The position numbers and the translations under genes are program-made. Below, piece by piece: positions 16,172-26,345 of a stretch of DNA of 33,731 nt. The notes under the pieces were generated by a model. The model was given only the letters and a program-made list of their open reading frames with translations. It made no database searches and was not told the origin of the DNA. Every line of letters starts with the position of its first letter. Within the stretch, counting starts at the first letter, position 1. The DNA is from Planctomycetota bacterium. Lineage in GTDB: Bacteria; Planctomycetota; Phycisphaerae; FEN-1346. The stretch is from positions 1-33,731 of the forward strand of contig JAPLML010000066.1 of NCBI GenBank assembly GCA_026387055.1, written 5' to 3'.

Positions 16172-18241
16172 TCAGTCCTTGACGCGCTTGAGGGTGACGG
16201 CCTTGAGGTTCATCAGGGCTTCCCGGGGCTTCCCCTTGGGCTTGACGGACACGGCGAGCTTGCCCGCCCGGGCGATTCTCACCTGGCCGATGGTCTCCGT
16301 CTTGAAGCTGCCCCATCCGCCGGTACTGCGGACCTTGCCGGCAAGTGCCTGATCGCCCACCGCCACGGTGTACTCGTTCCCGTCGCACTGATTGATGGCG
16401 GCGTAGGCAACCTCGACCGTGAACGTGCCCGGCTTCTCAACCGCCATCTCCCAACTGACCCAGTCGTCTTCATTGTACCAGAGGCCGATGTTATCTCTGT
16501 CGGCGGCTTGCTCATACCGGATCTTGCCATTGCTCCCGGGATGGACGGTGGCATGAGAGGCATTGAGGGTGATCGTGTCGCCGGCCTGAATCACCGTCTG
16601 GGCGGGTTGCTCGAGCTTGGGAGGCTCGGCGTCGTGCGGCTTGGGCTTCTCCGGCGGAGGGGGAGCATTCTTCAGGCGCTCCAGCGCCGCCCGGGCGTCC
16701 TTGGCCGCCTTGGTCGTCGGGAACCACTTGATGACGTTCTCGTAGGCTTCCACTTTCTGGCTGGGCAGGACATCGGCGGCCTCGGTGTCCTTCGCGTCCT
16801 TGAGCATGCCGGCGGCGTTCGCCTCATCCTCGCGGACGTAGTCGGGCACGTCCGCGCCCTGTTGTGTGGACGGGGCAGGAATCGGCGGCTTGGGCGCCGG
16901 CTGGGGGACGCCAGGCGGAGGCACCGCGGACACAGGAGGCGGCGGCGCCACGGATGGAGGCGGCGTCGGAGTGGCCGGTTGGCTCCCCCCCTTACTCATG
17001 TAGAGAACCAGCCCGACCGCCCCGGCGACAATCCCGACCACGGCACCGGCGCCCACGAGGAGAAAGAACTTCTTCCGGGACTTCGCGCCCTTCTCGCCGC
17101 CCGGTGTGCCTGCACGGGAGGGAACTCCCAGCGGCCCGGCCCGGCGCGAGCGGCGGCGCTCCGCTTTGGTGATCGGCCCGATCTCGCGGGCCACTTCCAG
17201 AACCGAGACGGTGGTCTCGACGCCCGAGAAATCCAGGGCGTCCAGGGCGGCGATGAACTCGGCCGCGCTCTGGTACCGGTCCTCCGGCTCCTTCGCCATG
17301 GCCTTGGCCAGCAGCGAGCAGAGCGAGGCCGGCAGGTCCGGCACGAACTGCCCCGCGTCCGGCAGCGGCTCGATCACGTGCTTGCGCATGATCTCCTGGG
17401 GCGTCGGGGCGGTGAAAGGCGGCCGGCCGGTCACCATCTCGTAGAGGGTGGCGCCCAGGGAGTAGATGTCGGTCCGGAAATCGGGAGGCGGGTCGCCCGT
17501 CACCTGCTCCGGCGAGATGTAGTACGGCGTGCCGGAGGCCTTCCACTCCTTGCCGTCCTCGGCGGCGGCGACGTGGCGCACCAGGCCCATGTCGGCAATC
17601 TTGACGACGCCCTCGCCCGTCAAGAGGAGGTTCCTGGGCTTGATGTCGCGGTGGATGAAGCCGCGCGAGTGGGCGTAGCGCAGGCCCTCGGCCGCCTGGC
17701 GGATGATGGCCGCCGCCTCGGCCGGGTCGAAGCGTTTGCGGACCGTCAGCATCTCCGCCAGCGACCCGCCGTCCACGTACTCCATGACGATGTACAAAGT
17801 GTTCTTCAGGAAGCCGATCTGGTGGATGGTGACGATGTTGGGGTGGGCCAGTTGAGCGGCGCTCCGGGCCTCATGGATGAACCGCTGCTGGCTCTCGGCA
17901 TCGCCGGGAGCGCTGGCGTGGAGGATCTTGACGGCCACCGTCCGGTCTGTGGCCTCTTCGTGACACTTGTAGACGACGGCCTGGCTGCCGCGGCCGATCT
18001 TCTCCAGGAGTTTCAGGCCGGAGGTCTGGACGTCTTTGGCCTCCGCATCGTCGCCGAGCGCCCCGACGACGTGATGGGCCTTGGCCGCGAGCACGCCGGC
18101 GCGGATGAGGGCGTCGGTGAGCGGGAGCTCGCGTCCCTCCTTCTCGGCCGCCGCGAGCAGGCGGCGGGCCCCCTCGATTTCGTCCGTGGTCAGAAGGCCC
18201 TTCTCGAGAAGGTGCTGCATCAACTCATCCGGTGACGGCAT
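16172..18241 (-). CDS. Transmembrane Ser/Thr protein kinase with Pro-rich linker and C-terminal carbohydrate-binding-like (CBM6/DUF5077-type) domain
   Basis: GRGSQAVVY, VAVK, HRDIKPRN, DMG and GTPYYISPE motifs; TM helix; STGGWGSF beta-sandwich motif. Confidence 0.9.
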   Translation of the reverse strand: MPSPDELMQHLLEKGLLTTDEIEGARRLLAAAEKEGRELPLTDALIRAGVLAAKAHHVVGALGDDAEAKDVQTSGLKLLEKIGRGSQAVVYKCHEEATDRTVAVKILHASAPGDAESQQRFIHEARSAAQLAHPNIVTIHQIGFLKNTLYIVMEYVDGGSLAEMLTVRKRFDPAEAAAIIRQAAEGLRYAHSRGFIHRDIKPRNLLLTGEGVVKIADMGLVRHVAAAEDGKEWKASGTPYYISPEQVTGDPPPDFRTDIYSLGATLYEMVTGRPPFTAPTPQEIMRKHVIEPLPDAGQFVPDLPASLCSLLAKAMAKEPEDRYQSAAEFIAALDALDFSGVETTVSVLEVAREIGPITKAERRRSRRAGPLGVPSRAGTPGGEKGAKSRKKFFLLVGAGAVVGIVAGAVGLVLYMSKGGSQPATPTPPPSVAPPPPVSAVPPPGVPQPAPKPPIPAPSTQQGADVPDYVREDEANAAGMLKDAKDTEAADVLPSQKVEAYENVIKWFPTTKAAKDARAALERLKNAPPPPEKPKPHDAEPPKLEQPAQTVIQAGDTITLNASHATVHPGSNGKIRYEQAADRDNIGLWYNEDDWVSWEMAVEKPGTFTVEVAYAAINQCDGNEYTVAVGDQALAGKVRSTGGWGSFKTETIGQVRIARAGKLAVSVKPKGKPREALMNLKAVTLKRVKD

Positions 18242-18459
18242 CGAGATCCTCGGCTCGTATCGCGTACTTATGCGACCAAGGTTGCTGTTTCAGTTTATCC
18301 ACGGCCCTTGGGGGGATGTCAACCAGCAAATCGCGGCGGGCGCACCCCAACCAATCGAAACTTGACTTGCGCGGGGCTGGGGGTTACGGTGGCGTGGCCG
18401 GCGGCGTGAGAGACCCGCCGAGCGATCCACTCAAGGACTCCGCGAGAAAGGGCGACAAC

Positions 18460-19410
18460 ATGCAAAGGCGCGATTTCATTTCCATGACGGTGGGAGGCTT
18501 GGCGGCCTCGGCGTTTCCGACTACGGCCGTGTGCGCCGCCGAAACACGCAAAGACACGGCCAACCAGGCCACGCGAGAGAAACCTATGGGCAAGATCGGC
18601 ATCGGCATCAACCTGGAGTTCGTGCGGCACGAGGACAAGTCCTTCGAGTGGGGCATCGAGAGGGCCGCCCAGTTGGGCTACGAATACGTCGAACCCATGG
18701 TCCACTGGGGCCGCGAACTCCTGTCGGAGGCCGGCTACTTTCACAGCGTCTCGATGCTCGACGACCCGTACCGCATCAAGCGGGCCTGCGAGAAGGCGGG
18801 CGTGAAGCTGTCGAGCCTGTCGTCGCACACGACCTTGTGCAAGCCCGAGATCGGCACGGAGTACCTGAAGCAGGGGATCCGCTTCGCCGCCGAATGCGGC
18901 GCCCCCGTGGTCAACACCGATGAAGGCCCCAAGCCGACGTGGACCACCGAGGAGGAGGATTTCCTTCTGATGAAGTACACGCTGACCGAGGCCGCCGCCG
19001 TCGCCGCGCCGCGCGGCATCCTGATCGGCATCGAACCGCACCAGCAGTACTCCAAGACGCCCAAGGGCCTGGACCGCATCACCGGCCTCGTCAAGAGCAA
19101 GGCCATCGGCATCAACTTCGACACCGGCAACAGTTACCTGGCGGGTGAGGATCCCATCAAGTGGCTTTCGCACGTAGCCGACCGCCTCGTGCACCTGCAT
19201 GCGAAGGACATCTCGGTCAAGCAGTCCGAGAGCGAGCGCGGCAAGGTGACGGGAACGCCGGTCGGCTGTGCCTGCGGCGAAGGGGTCATCGACTGGAAGA
19301 AGGTTATCGAAGTCTGCCGCCAGTGCCCGCGACCGATCGTCTTGTCGGTCGAGTGCGGCACCGTGGACCAGGCGGAGCGGAGCCTCAAACACCTGAAACC
19401 GCTCGTGTGA
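18460..19410 (+). CDS. Tat-exported sugar phosphate isomerase/epimerase (xylose isomerase-like TIM barrel)
   Basis: MQRRDFI twin-arginine signal; GIEPH, NFDTGN, HLHAKD, GEGVIDW and LSVE motifs. Confidence 0.88.
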   Translation: MQRRDFISMTVGGLAASAFPTTAVCAAETRKDTANQATREKPMGKIGIGINLEFVRHEDKSFEWGIERAAQLGYEYVEPMVHWGRELLSEAGYFHSVSMLDDPYRIKRACEKAGVKLSSLSSHTTLCKPEIGTEYLKQGIRFAAECGAPVVNTDEGPKPTWTTEEEDFLLMKYTLTEAAAVAAPRGILIGIEPHQQYSKTPKGLDRITGLVKSKAIGINFDTGNSYLAGEDPIKWLSHVADRLVHLHAKDISVKQSESERGKVTGTPVGCACGEGVIDWKKVIEVCRQCPRPIVLSVECGTVDQAERSLKHLKPLV

Positions 19411-19415
19411 CGTGT

Positions 19416-19590
19416 GGGGGCACGGCCTGCCGTGGTATGTGTTTAGCGAGTGTGCCATTGTCCCGATAGCAGGTGTGGCACGGCCGGCTTGTCCGGCCGT
19501 GGCAGAGCGCCGGCCACATTCCCCACGGCCGGACAAGCCGGCCGTGCCACACCTGCCGGGGTACGCTAAACACGTACATGCCGTGCCCCT
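19416..19590. mobile_element. Nested element: MITE-like insert with 14-bp TIRs inside a REP hairpin, carrying a REP doublet
   Basis: TIRs at 19435-19448 and 19564-19577 (13/14). Flanking 8-bp direct repeat CTGCCGTG/ATGCCGTG. Inner perfect 34-bp inverted repeat at 19469-19502 and 19523-19556. Confidence 0.75.
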
Positions 19591-19621
19591 ATAGCGCGAC
19601 GAACTCGCGCCAACCAGCAAA

Positions 19622-19651
19622 TTGACGCCGACCCCGCGCGTCCGCTATAAT
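19622..19651 (+). promoter_or_regulatory. Putative sigma70 promoter for the activase gene
   Basis: TTGACG-18 bp-TATAAT; AAGGAGGT RBS before GTG 19720. Confidence 0.65.
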
Positions 19652-19719
19652 ACCGGTCTTGTTGCCCGACGGGCAGGAGGAGTTTCTGCGCCTGGCGCGG
19701 CGCGTGAAGGAGGTAACGG

Positions 19720-22700
19720 GTGTATCTCGGCATCGACATCGGCTCGGTCAGCCTGAACCTCGTCCTTCTGGACGAGTCCTTCCAGGTGGTCAAGGAACGA
19801 TACATCCGGACGCGGGGCAAGCCCCTGGAGACGGCCTTCGAGGCGCTCGAGCAGCTCTTCAGCGAAGTCCTCCCCACCGACATCGAAGGCGTCGCCCTCA
19901 CGGGCGCCGGCACCGGCGTCCTGGCGGACCTCTACGGCATCAAGCCGGTCAACGAGGTCGTGGCCCAGGCCAAGGCCACCATGACGCTGCACCCCGACGT
20001 GCGGACGATCATCGAGATCGGCGGCGAGGACTCCAAGCTCATCCTCCTGGAGAAGAACCCCAAGACGGGCCAGCTCCGCATCCGCGACTTCGCGATGAAC
20101 ACGCTGTGCGCGGCGGGCACGGGCTCGTTCCTGGACCAGCAGGCGTCGCGCCTGGGCGTGAGCATCGAGAACGAGTGGGGTGAGATGGCCCTCCGGAGCG
20201 TCCACGTGCCCCGCATCGCCGGCCGGTGCTCCGTCTTTGCCAAGAGCGACATGATCCACCTCCAGCAGGAGGGGACGCCCGACTACGACATCGTGGCCGG
20301 CCTGTGCTTCGCGATGGCCCGCAACTTCAAGGCCGTCATCGGCAGGAGCAAGGAACTCCTGCCGCGCATCGCCTTCCAGGGCGGCATGGCGGCCAACGCC
20401 GGGATGGTCCGGGCGTTCACGGAGACGCTGGAGCTGAAGCCCGGCGATCTGCTCATTCCCAAGCATTTCGCGTCGATGGGGGCGATCGGGGCGATCCTGG
20501 TGGCCAAGGAACTCGGCGGATTCGGCCGCATCGATTCCCTGCAGCCGATGCGCGAGTACCTCGACACGCGGCGCTATGGCGGCGGCGAGCTTCACCCGCC
20601 CCTGCGGGACGATAACTATCCGCTCGTCATCGAGCCCGACGCCTTCCCGCCGGGCACGGACATCGTGGACGTCTTCGTCGGCGTCGACGTCGGCAGCATC
20701 TCGACGAACGTCGTGGCCATCGACAAGGACGGGCGGGTCCTGGCCCGCGAGTACCTGATGACCGCCGGCCGGCCGCTGGCGGCGGTCACCGACGGCCTGT
20801 ACAAGGTCGGCCAGGCCCTGGAGGAGCGCGGCGGCAAGGGCCGCGTGCGCATCCGCGGCAGCGGAACGACCGGCTCCGGCCGGTACCTGACGGGCGACTT
20901 CATCGGCGCCGACGTCGTGAAGAACGAGATCACCGCCCACGCCACCGGCGCCGCGTTCATCCGGTCCGACGTCGACACGATCTTCGAGATCGGCGGCCAG
21001 GACTCCAAGTACATCAGCCTCGAGAACGGCGCGGTCGTCGATTTTACGATGAACAAGGTGTGCGCGGCGGGCACCGGCTCGTTCATCGAGGAGCAGTCGG
21101 AGCGGCTGGGCGTGGGCCTGAAGACCGGCGAGTTCAACCGCCTGGCCCTCTCGGCCGACGAGCCCCCCGCCATGGGCGAGCGGTGCACCGTCTTCATCGA
21201 GACCGACATCAACCGCAACCAGCAGCGCGGCGTGGAGGTCGACGACCTCTGCGGCGGCCTCTGTTACTCGATCGTCCAGAACTACCTCAACCGCGTCGTC
21301 GAGGACCACAAGGTCGGCAACGTCATCTTCTTCCAGGGCGGCACGGCCTATAACCGCGGCGTCAAGATGGCGTTCGAGAAAGTGACGGGCAAGCCCATCA
21401 TCGTCCCGCCGCACCACGACGTGCTGGGCGCGATCGGCATGGCCCTGATTTCGCGCGACTGGTACCTGACCCATTCGAAGGGCAACGGGGAGCATCCGCC
21501 CGAGACGACGTGCAGGGGCTTCGACCTGAGGAACGTCGCCTACTCGTTCGACACCTTCGAGTGCGAGGACTGCGCGAACCGCTGCGAAATCCACGTCGTC
21601 GAGATCAAGGGCGAACGGACGCTCCACTACGGCAGCCGCTGCGGCAAGTACGACGAAGCCCAGCGAGAGAGCCTCGGCAAGCACCTGCCGCGCCTGTTCG
21701 TCGAACGCCAGAAACTGATGGATGCGGCCTACGCCAGGAAGGCCGAGAAGCCGAACGGCAAGCGCGTGGGCCTCCCGCAGATGACGAACTTCTGGGAGCT
21801 CATGCCCCTGTTCCGCGCCCTCTTTACGGAACTCGGGTTCGAGGTCGTCCTCTCGTCGCGGACCAACCGCAACCTGATCGCCGAGGGCATCGACCAGACG
21901 GCCGCCGAGCCGTGTTTCCCCATCAAGGTGGCCCACGGCCACGTGCGGGACCTCGTGAAGAAGGGCGTGGACTACATCTTCATGCCCGCCGTCATCGACA
22001 TGCCGCGCGCCTCCGGCGACATCGTCAACTCCTACGTCTGCCCCTACGTCCAGGCGTTGCCCTACATGGTCCCGGCGGCGATGGACGACGTGGACTGGGG
22101 CAAGCGCCTCATCCGGCCGGTTCTCCACTTCTCGCGCGGGCAGGAGAGGGTGCAGAAAGACCTGGAGAAGATGGCGGCCGGCCTGGGCATCGGCCGCGGG
22201 CGGGCCCGCCGCGCGATCGCCGAGGCCTTCGCCGCCCAGGACCGCTTCCAGCAGAGCCTCAAGGACCGCGGCCGCGAGGTCTTGGAGTCCCTCGGCCCGA
22301 ACGACACCGCCCTGGTCATCGTCAGCCGGCCGTACAACGGCTGCGACCCGGGCCTGAACATGAACATCCCCGAGAAGCTGCGGGACCTCGGGTGCCTGGC
22401 CATCCCGCTCGACATGCTGCCGCTGGACGACGAGGACATCTCGGCCGACCACCCGCACATGTACTGGAAGTACGGCCAGAAGATCCTGGCGGGCGCCCGG
22501 ATCATCGCCCGCGACCGGCGGCTGTACCCCGTCTACATCACCAACTTCGGGTGCGGGCCCGACTCCTTCATCATGAAGTTCGTCGCGCGGGAGCTCCAGG
22601 GCAAGCCGTGCCTCATCCTGGAGGTCGACGAGCACTCGGCCGACGTGGGCGCCATCACGCGGTGCGAGGCGTTCCTCGACAGCCTCAAGGCCGTCCGCCA

Positions 22701-24021
22701 GCGGGACCTGCGCCTCGAGCGGCGCATCCGCGCGGGCAAGTGGGACTACACGGCCAAGAACCTCGGCCGCCGGACCATCTACATCCCTTACATGGACGAC
22801 CATGGGTACGCGATGGCCGCGGCCATGCGGGCCAACGGCGTCGATGCCCGCCAGCTTCCCGTGAGCGACGATGACTCCGTGGCCTGGGGCCGCAAGTTCA
22901 CCTCCGGCAAGGAGTGCTACCCCTGCATCATCACCACGGGCGACTTCCTGCGGCAGATCCACTCGCCGGGGTTCGACCCGGACCGCTCGGCCTTCTTCAT
23001 GCCGACCGCGTTCGGCCCGTGCCGGTTCGGCCAGTACAACAAGTTCCAGCGGATGATGCTCGACGACCTCGGCCTGGAGGACGTGCCCCTGGTGCTGCTG
23101 GACCAGGACAAGGACTTCCAGGGCGACGTGAAGAACCTGGGGGCCGACTTCCGCAAGCTGGCCTGGTCGGGCATCGTCTTCGTCGACACGCTCCAGAAGA
23201 TGCTCCGCGAGACGCGGCCGTACGAGGTCAACAAGGGCGAGTGCGACCAGATTTACGAGAAGCACCTGCGGCGGTGCGAAGAGGTGATCGAGTCGCGCGG
23301 CGACCTGCGGGCCCTGGCCCGCGAGGCCCGCCGCGAGCTGGAGGCCGTCAAGACCGACCGCTCGCGGGTGCGGCCCAAGATCGGCATCGTCGGCGAGGTC
23401 TTCGTCCGCTGCAACCCGTTCACCAACCACTTCATCGCCCGCAAGATCGAGGAGATGGGCGGCGAGGCCGTCCTCCCGCCCTTCGAGGAGTGGGTCAACT
23501 ACATCGCCTGGAGCCGCATCACCGACGCCAAGATCGAGCGCAACTGGAAGCGGCTCCTCGTGGAGAAGATCACCGACTTCATCCAGCGTCGCGAGAAGTA
23601 CCGCATCCTGAACGAGTTCCGCGGGGCCGTCCGCCTCTTCTTCGACGAGCAGCCCTCCGACCACGTCATCGCGCTCGGCCAGCGGTACCTCGACCCGGCC
23701 ATCCGCGGCGAGCCGATCCTCTCGATGGGCCGGTGCATGGAGTACGTCGAGGCGGGGTGCGACGGCGTGGTCAACCTCCACCCGTTCAACTGCATGCCGG
23801 GCACCATCGTCAACGCCCTGCTCACGCGGTTCCAGAAGGATTGGGACATGCCAGTCCTGAAGGTGGCCTACGACGGCCTCCAGCAGTCAACCGAGACCGT
23901 CCGCGTCGAGGCGTACATGCACCAGTGCCGCGAGCGCCTCGAAGCGCGCCTGAAGAAGTCCGGCGATGGGGCCTCCCTTGGTGCCGGCGGCCCCTTGGCC
24001 GCAACAAAGTCGGGGCACTGA
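19720..24021 (+). CDS. CoA-substrate-specific enzyme activase (two HgdC/BadF-type ASKHA domains) fused to DUF2229/dehydratase-like domains
   Basis: Two copies of GxDxGS, EIGGxDSK, MNxxCAAGTGSF and RCxVF; CFPIKVAHGH, TNFGCGPDSF, ECYPC and PFNCMPG motifs. Confidence 0.93.
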   Translation: MYLGIDIGSVSLNLVLLDESFQVVKERYIRTRGKPLETAFEALEQLFSEVLPTDIEGVALTGAGTGVLADLYGIKPVNEVVAQAKATMTLHPDVRTIIEIGGEDSKLILLEKNPKTGQLRIRDFAMNTLCAAGTGSFLDQQASRLGVSIENEWGEMALRSVHVPRIAGRCSVFAKSDMIHLQQEGTPDYDIVAGLCFAMARNFKAVIGRSKELLPRIAFQGGMAANAGMVRAFTETLELKPGDLLIPKHFASMGAIGAILVAKELGGFGRIDSLQPMREYLDTRRYGGGELHPPLRDDNYPLVIEPDAFPPGTDIVDVFVGVDVGSISTNVVAIDKDGRVLAREYLMTAGRPLAAVTDGLYKVGQALEERGGKGRVRIRGSGTTGSGRYLTGDFIGADVVKNEITAHATGAAFIRSDVDTIFEIGGQDSKYISLENGAVVDFTMNKVCAAGTGSFIEEQSERLGVGLKTGEFNRLALSADEPPAMGERCTVFIETDINRNQQRGVEVDDLCGGLCYSIVQNYLNRVVEDHKVGNVIFFQGGTAYNRGVKMAFEKVTGKPIIVPPHHDVLGAIGMALISRDWYLTHSKGNGEHPPETTCRGFDLRNVAYSFDTFECEDCANRCEIHVVEIKGERTLHYGSRCGKYDEAQRESLGKHLPRLFVERQKLMDAAYARKAEKPNGKRVGLPQMTNFWELMPLFRALFTELGFEVVLSSRTNRNLIAEGIDQTAAEPCFPIKVAHGHVRDLVKKGVDYIFMPAVIDMPRASGDIVNSYVCPYVQALPYMVPAAMDDVDWGKRLIRPVLHFSRGQERVQKDLEKMAAGLGIGRGRARRAIAEAFAAQDRFQQSLKDRGREVLESLGPNDTALVIVSRPYNGCDPGLNMNIPEKLRDLGCLAIPLDMLPLDDEDISADHPHMYWKYGQKILAGARIIARDRRLYPVYITNFGCGPDSFIMKFVARELQGKPCLILEVDEHSADVGAITRCEAFLDSLKAVRQRDLRLERRIRAGKWDYTAKNLGRRTIYIPYMDDHGYAMAAAMRANGVDARQLPVSDDDSVAWGRKFTSGKECYPCIITTGDFLRQIHSPGFDPDRSAFFMPTAFGPCRFGQYNKFQRMMLDDLGLEDVPLVLLDQDKDFQGDVKNLGADFRKLAWSGIVFVDTLQKMLRETRPYEVNKGECDQIYEKHLRRCEEVIESRGDLRALAREARRELEAVKTDRSRVRPKIGIVGEVFVRCNPFTNHFIARKIEEMGGEAVLPPFEEWVNYIAWSRITDAKIERNWKRLLVEKITDFIQRREKYRILNEFRGAVRLFFDEQPSDHVIALGQRYLDPAIRGEPILSMGRCMEYVEAGCDGVVNLHPFNCMPGTIVNALLTRFQKDWDMPVLKVAYDGLQQSTETVRVEAYMHQCRERLEARLKKSGDGASLGAGGPLAATKSGH

Positions 24022-25633
24022 GCGATATCGAAGAGTATTGCGCGGCATCGCTCATCAGTAGAAGAGCCCTGACGGCGTAGTAACGGAAGTCGCGATCCTT
24101 ACCGCGCAGTTCCGCCGCGAGGGCCGCCACGCTGGAAGTCTCGAGCGCCCGGGCGGCGAAGCGCCGGATGCCGGGTTTCCTGCCCTCCTCGGCCGCCCGC
24201 CGCAGAACCTTGGCGGCCTCCGGCGTATTGAGATGGGCGAGGCCCGCAACCGCCGCGAACGCCTCCCAATCGGACTTGCCCCGCAGCCTCTCCGCCAAGA
24301 CCGGCACCGCTTCCGACCTGTTAAGCAAGGCCAGCGCAAAGGCCGCCACGATGCGCACCCCCTCGTCTTTGTCCCCGAGGGCCTTCACCAGCGTGGACAC
24401 GGCCTGCGGGTCGCCGATCGCGCCGAGGGAAAGCACCGCCCAGAAGCGCACGGTATACTCCTTGTCCTTGAGCGCGGCCGTCAGTCCGGCTACCGCCCGC
24501 GGATCACCCAGGTCGCCAAGCGCCTGTGCCGCGCTCGTCCGAACGTCATCCTTGGCGTCTTCGAGGGCCACCAGCAAGCCTGGGAGAGCCCGTAGGTCGC
24601 CGATCTCGCCGAGGGCCTGCGCAGCCGCGCCGCGCACCCCTTCATCTGCGTCAGCCAGCGCGGCCAAGAGCAGGGGCACCGCCTCGGAGGCGCCGATGTC
24701 TCCTGACGCCCTTGCCGCGGCGGAGCGCACATGGCTTTCCTCGTCCTTGAGCGCCGCCACAATCGCAGTTGCCGCCCGCGGATCGCCGATGTTGCCGAGG
24801 GCCTGTGCGGCCGAGGAGCGAAGCATGGGGTCCGCGTCGGCAAGGCCTGTCAGGAGGGCAGGCACTGCCGCCGGGTCGCCGATATTGCCGAGGGCCTGGG
24901 CCGCCGAGGAGCGAAGCTTGGGGTCCGCGTCGGCAAGGGCTGTCATGAGGGCGGGCACTGCCGCCGGGTCGCCGATATGGCCGAGGGCCCGGGCGGCTTC
25001 GACGCGAGGACCCTTGGTGGCGTCGGCAAGCGCCGCCAAGAGGGCTGGCACGGCCGCAGGGTCGCCGATCGAACCCAGCGCCTCCGCCGCCGCCTCGCGC
25101 ACCATCTTGTCCAGATCGCCGACCAGAGGCAGGAGCTCGGGCACCGCTGTCGGATCACCTATCTTACCAAGCGCCTTGGCGGCGGCGACGCGAGGACTCT
25201 GCTTTTCATCCTCAAGTAAACTCATGAGAGGTGCAATCGCCGCCGGGTCGCCGATCTGGCCCAGGGCCTCCGCCGCCGTCTCGCGGACAACCTCCGCCCT
25301 GTCCTTGAGCGCCGCGATCAGCGGCGGGACCGCCTCGGGACCTATCGCCGCCAGATCCTGGACGATCTGCCATTGCCGTGGCCCCTCCTCACGAGGCCCC
25401 AGGCCGAGCAGGCGCCGCACCCAATCGCTGAACCCGTTCCGCTGCTCGCCGGCCCGAAGTTGGCGGAGAAGCACTGCCACCTGGTCTTCCGGCGGGGCAT
25501 AGACCACGGATCTCAGGAGGACCAAGCCGCCCACCACCAGGAGGAGCGCCGCCGCACCCACCAGGAGCCACAGGTGCCAGCGGCGCGCCGGGGTCAGGGA
25601 GGCCGTCTCGGCTGGAAGGTCGGGCTGTGACAT
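23822..25633 (-). CDS. Membrane-anchored HEAT (PBS lyase-like) repeat protein; the C-terminus reads through into the convergent gene
   Basis: N-terminal TM and about 11-13 repeats of VRxxAAxALGxIGDPxAVPxLxxxLxD. The last ~70 codons overlap the activase antisense. Confidence 0.85.
   Translation of the reverse strand: MSQPDLPAETASLTPARRWHLWLLVGAAALLLVVGGLVLLRSVVYAPPEDQVAVLLRQLRAGEQRNGFSDWVRRLLGLGPREEGPRQWQIVQDLAAIGPEAVPPLIAALKDRAEVVRETAAEALGQIGDPAAIAPLMSLLEDEKQSPRVAAAKALGKIGDPTAVPELLPLVGDLDKMVREAAAEALGSIGDPAAVPALLAALADATKGPRVEAARALGHIGDPAAVPALMTALADADPKLRSSAAQALGNIGDPAAVPALLTGLADADPMLRSSAAQALGNIGDPRAATAIVAALKDEESHVRSAAARASGDIGASEAVPLLLAALADADEGVRGAAAQALGEIGDLRALPGLLVALEDAKDDVRTSAAQALGDLGDPRAVAGLTAALKDKEYTVRFWAVLSLGAIGDPQAVSTLVKALGDKDEGVRIVAAFALALLNRSEAVPVLAERLRGKSDWEAFAAVAGLAHLNTPEAAKVLRRAAEEGRKPGIRRFAARALETSSVAALAAELRGKDRDFRYYAVRALLLMSDAAQYSSISLSAPTLLRPRGRRHQGRPHRRTSSGALRGARGTGACTPRRGRSRLTAGGRRRPPSGLACPNPSGTA
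24783..24968. repeat. Near-identical 93-bp tandem duplication of one HEAT unit
   Basis: Units begin at 24783 and 24876, with about 7 mismatches. Confidence 0.85.
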
Positions 25634-25779
25634 GCCGGCATTGTACTGGCTCCGATCCGGCAATGCAAAGTACTACAACGCCGCTTCTCGCGCCAACATT
25701 TCGCCGGACAAGCCCTGCCGAGCGGATATACTGGGGCTTGCTCGATTGCCGGGCGCCGAACCCATTGGAGCCATCCACC

Positions 25780-26241
25780 GTGACGCCGATCCTCGTGTTG
25801 GGCATCGGGAACATCCTCCTGAAGGACGAAGGCGTGGGCGTGCATGTCGTCAAGGCGATGGCGGAGCTGGCAGAGTCGCCCACGCAGGACGTCGAGTTCG
25901 TGGACGGCGGGACGTTCGGCCCGGACCTCATCGACATCATCGCCAACCGACGCAAGGTAATCGTGGTGGATGCCGTGCAGGCCGAGGGCAAGCCCGGCAC
26001 GGTCCTGCGGTTCGGCGACAAGGACCTGGCCTCAAAGACCGACGTCAGCGTGTCGCTCCACGAGGTGGGCCTCCTGGAGACGCTCCTGATGGCGAAGCAC
26101 CTCGGCTGCGCCCCGCAAGAGGTCGTGATCCTCGGCGTCATTCCCCAAGACATCAGCCCCGGCCTGGAGATGACCGAGGAAGTGGCCGCCGTGGTGCCGA
26201 AGGTCATCGCACTGGTGAGGGAGGAACTGCGGCAATCGTAG
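25780..26241 (+). CDS. Hydrogenase maturation endopeptidase (HybD/HycI family)
   Basis: ILVLGIGNILLKDEGVGVH, VDGGT, VVDAV and SLH motifs; GTG start after GGAG. Confidence 0.92.
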   Translation: MTPILVLGIGNILLKDEGVGVHVVKAMAELAESPTQDVEFVDGGTFGPDLIDIIANRRKVIVVDAVQAEGKPGTVLRFGDKDLASKTDVSVSLHEVGLLETLLMAKHLGCAPQEVVILGVIPQDISPGLEMTEEVAAVVPKVIALVREELRQS

Positions 26242-26345
26242 GGCACGTGCCAAGTCCCCGTCCCGCCGTTATCCGTTCTTGCGTTTCCGGCCCCGGCGCG
26301 ATACGGTGTACCCAGGCATTTCCTGGGGCCAACCGGAGACCTGCC

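Noticed and set aside
18362..18390. Possible promoter TTGACT-17-TACGGT
   Set aside because: The -10 element is too weak to call.
19645..23781. 1378-aa minus-strand ORF, and similar long ORFs at 40-1260, 1119-2948, 16049-18235, 25389-28841 and 29901-32819
   Set aside because: These are antisense shadows of well-supported genes in GC-rich DNA and have no recognisable motifs.
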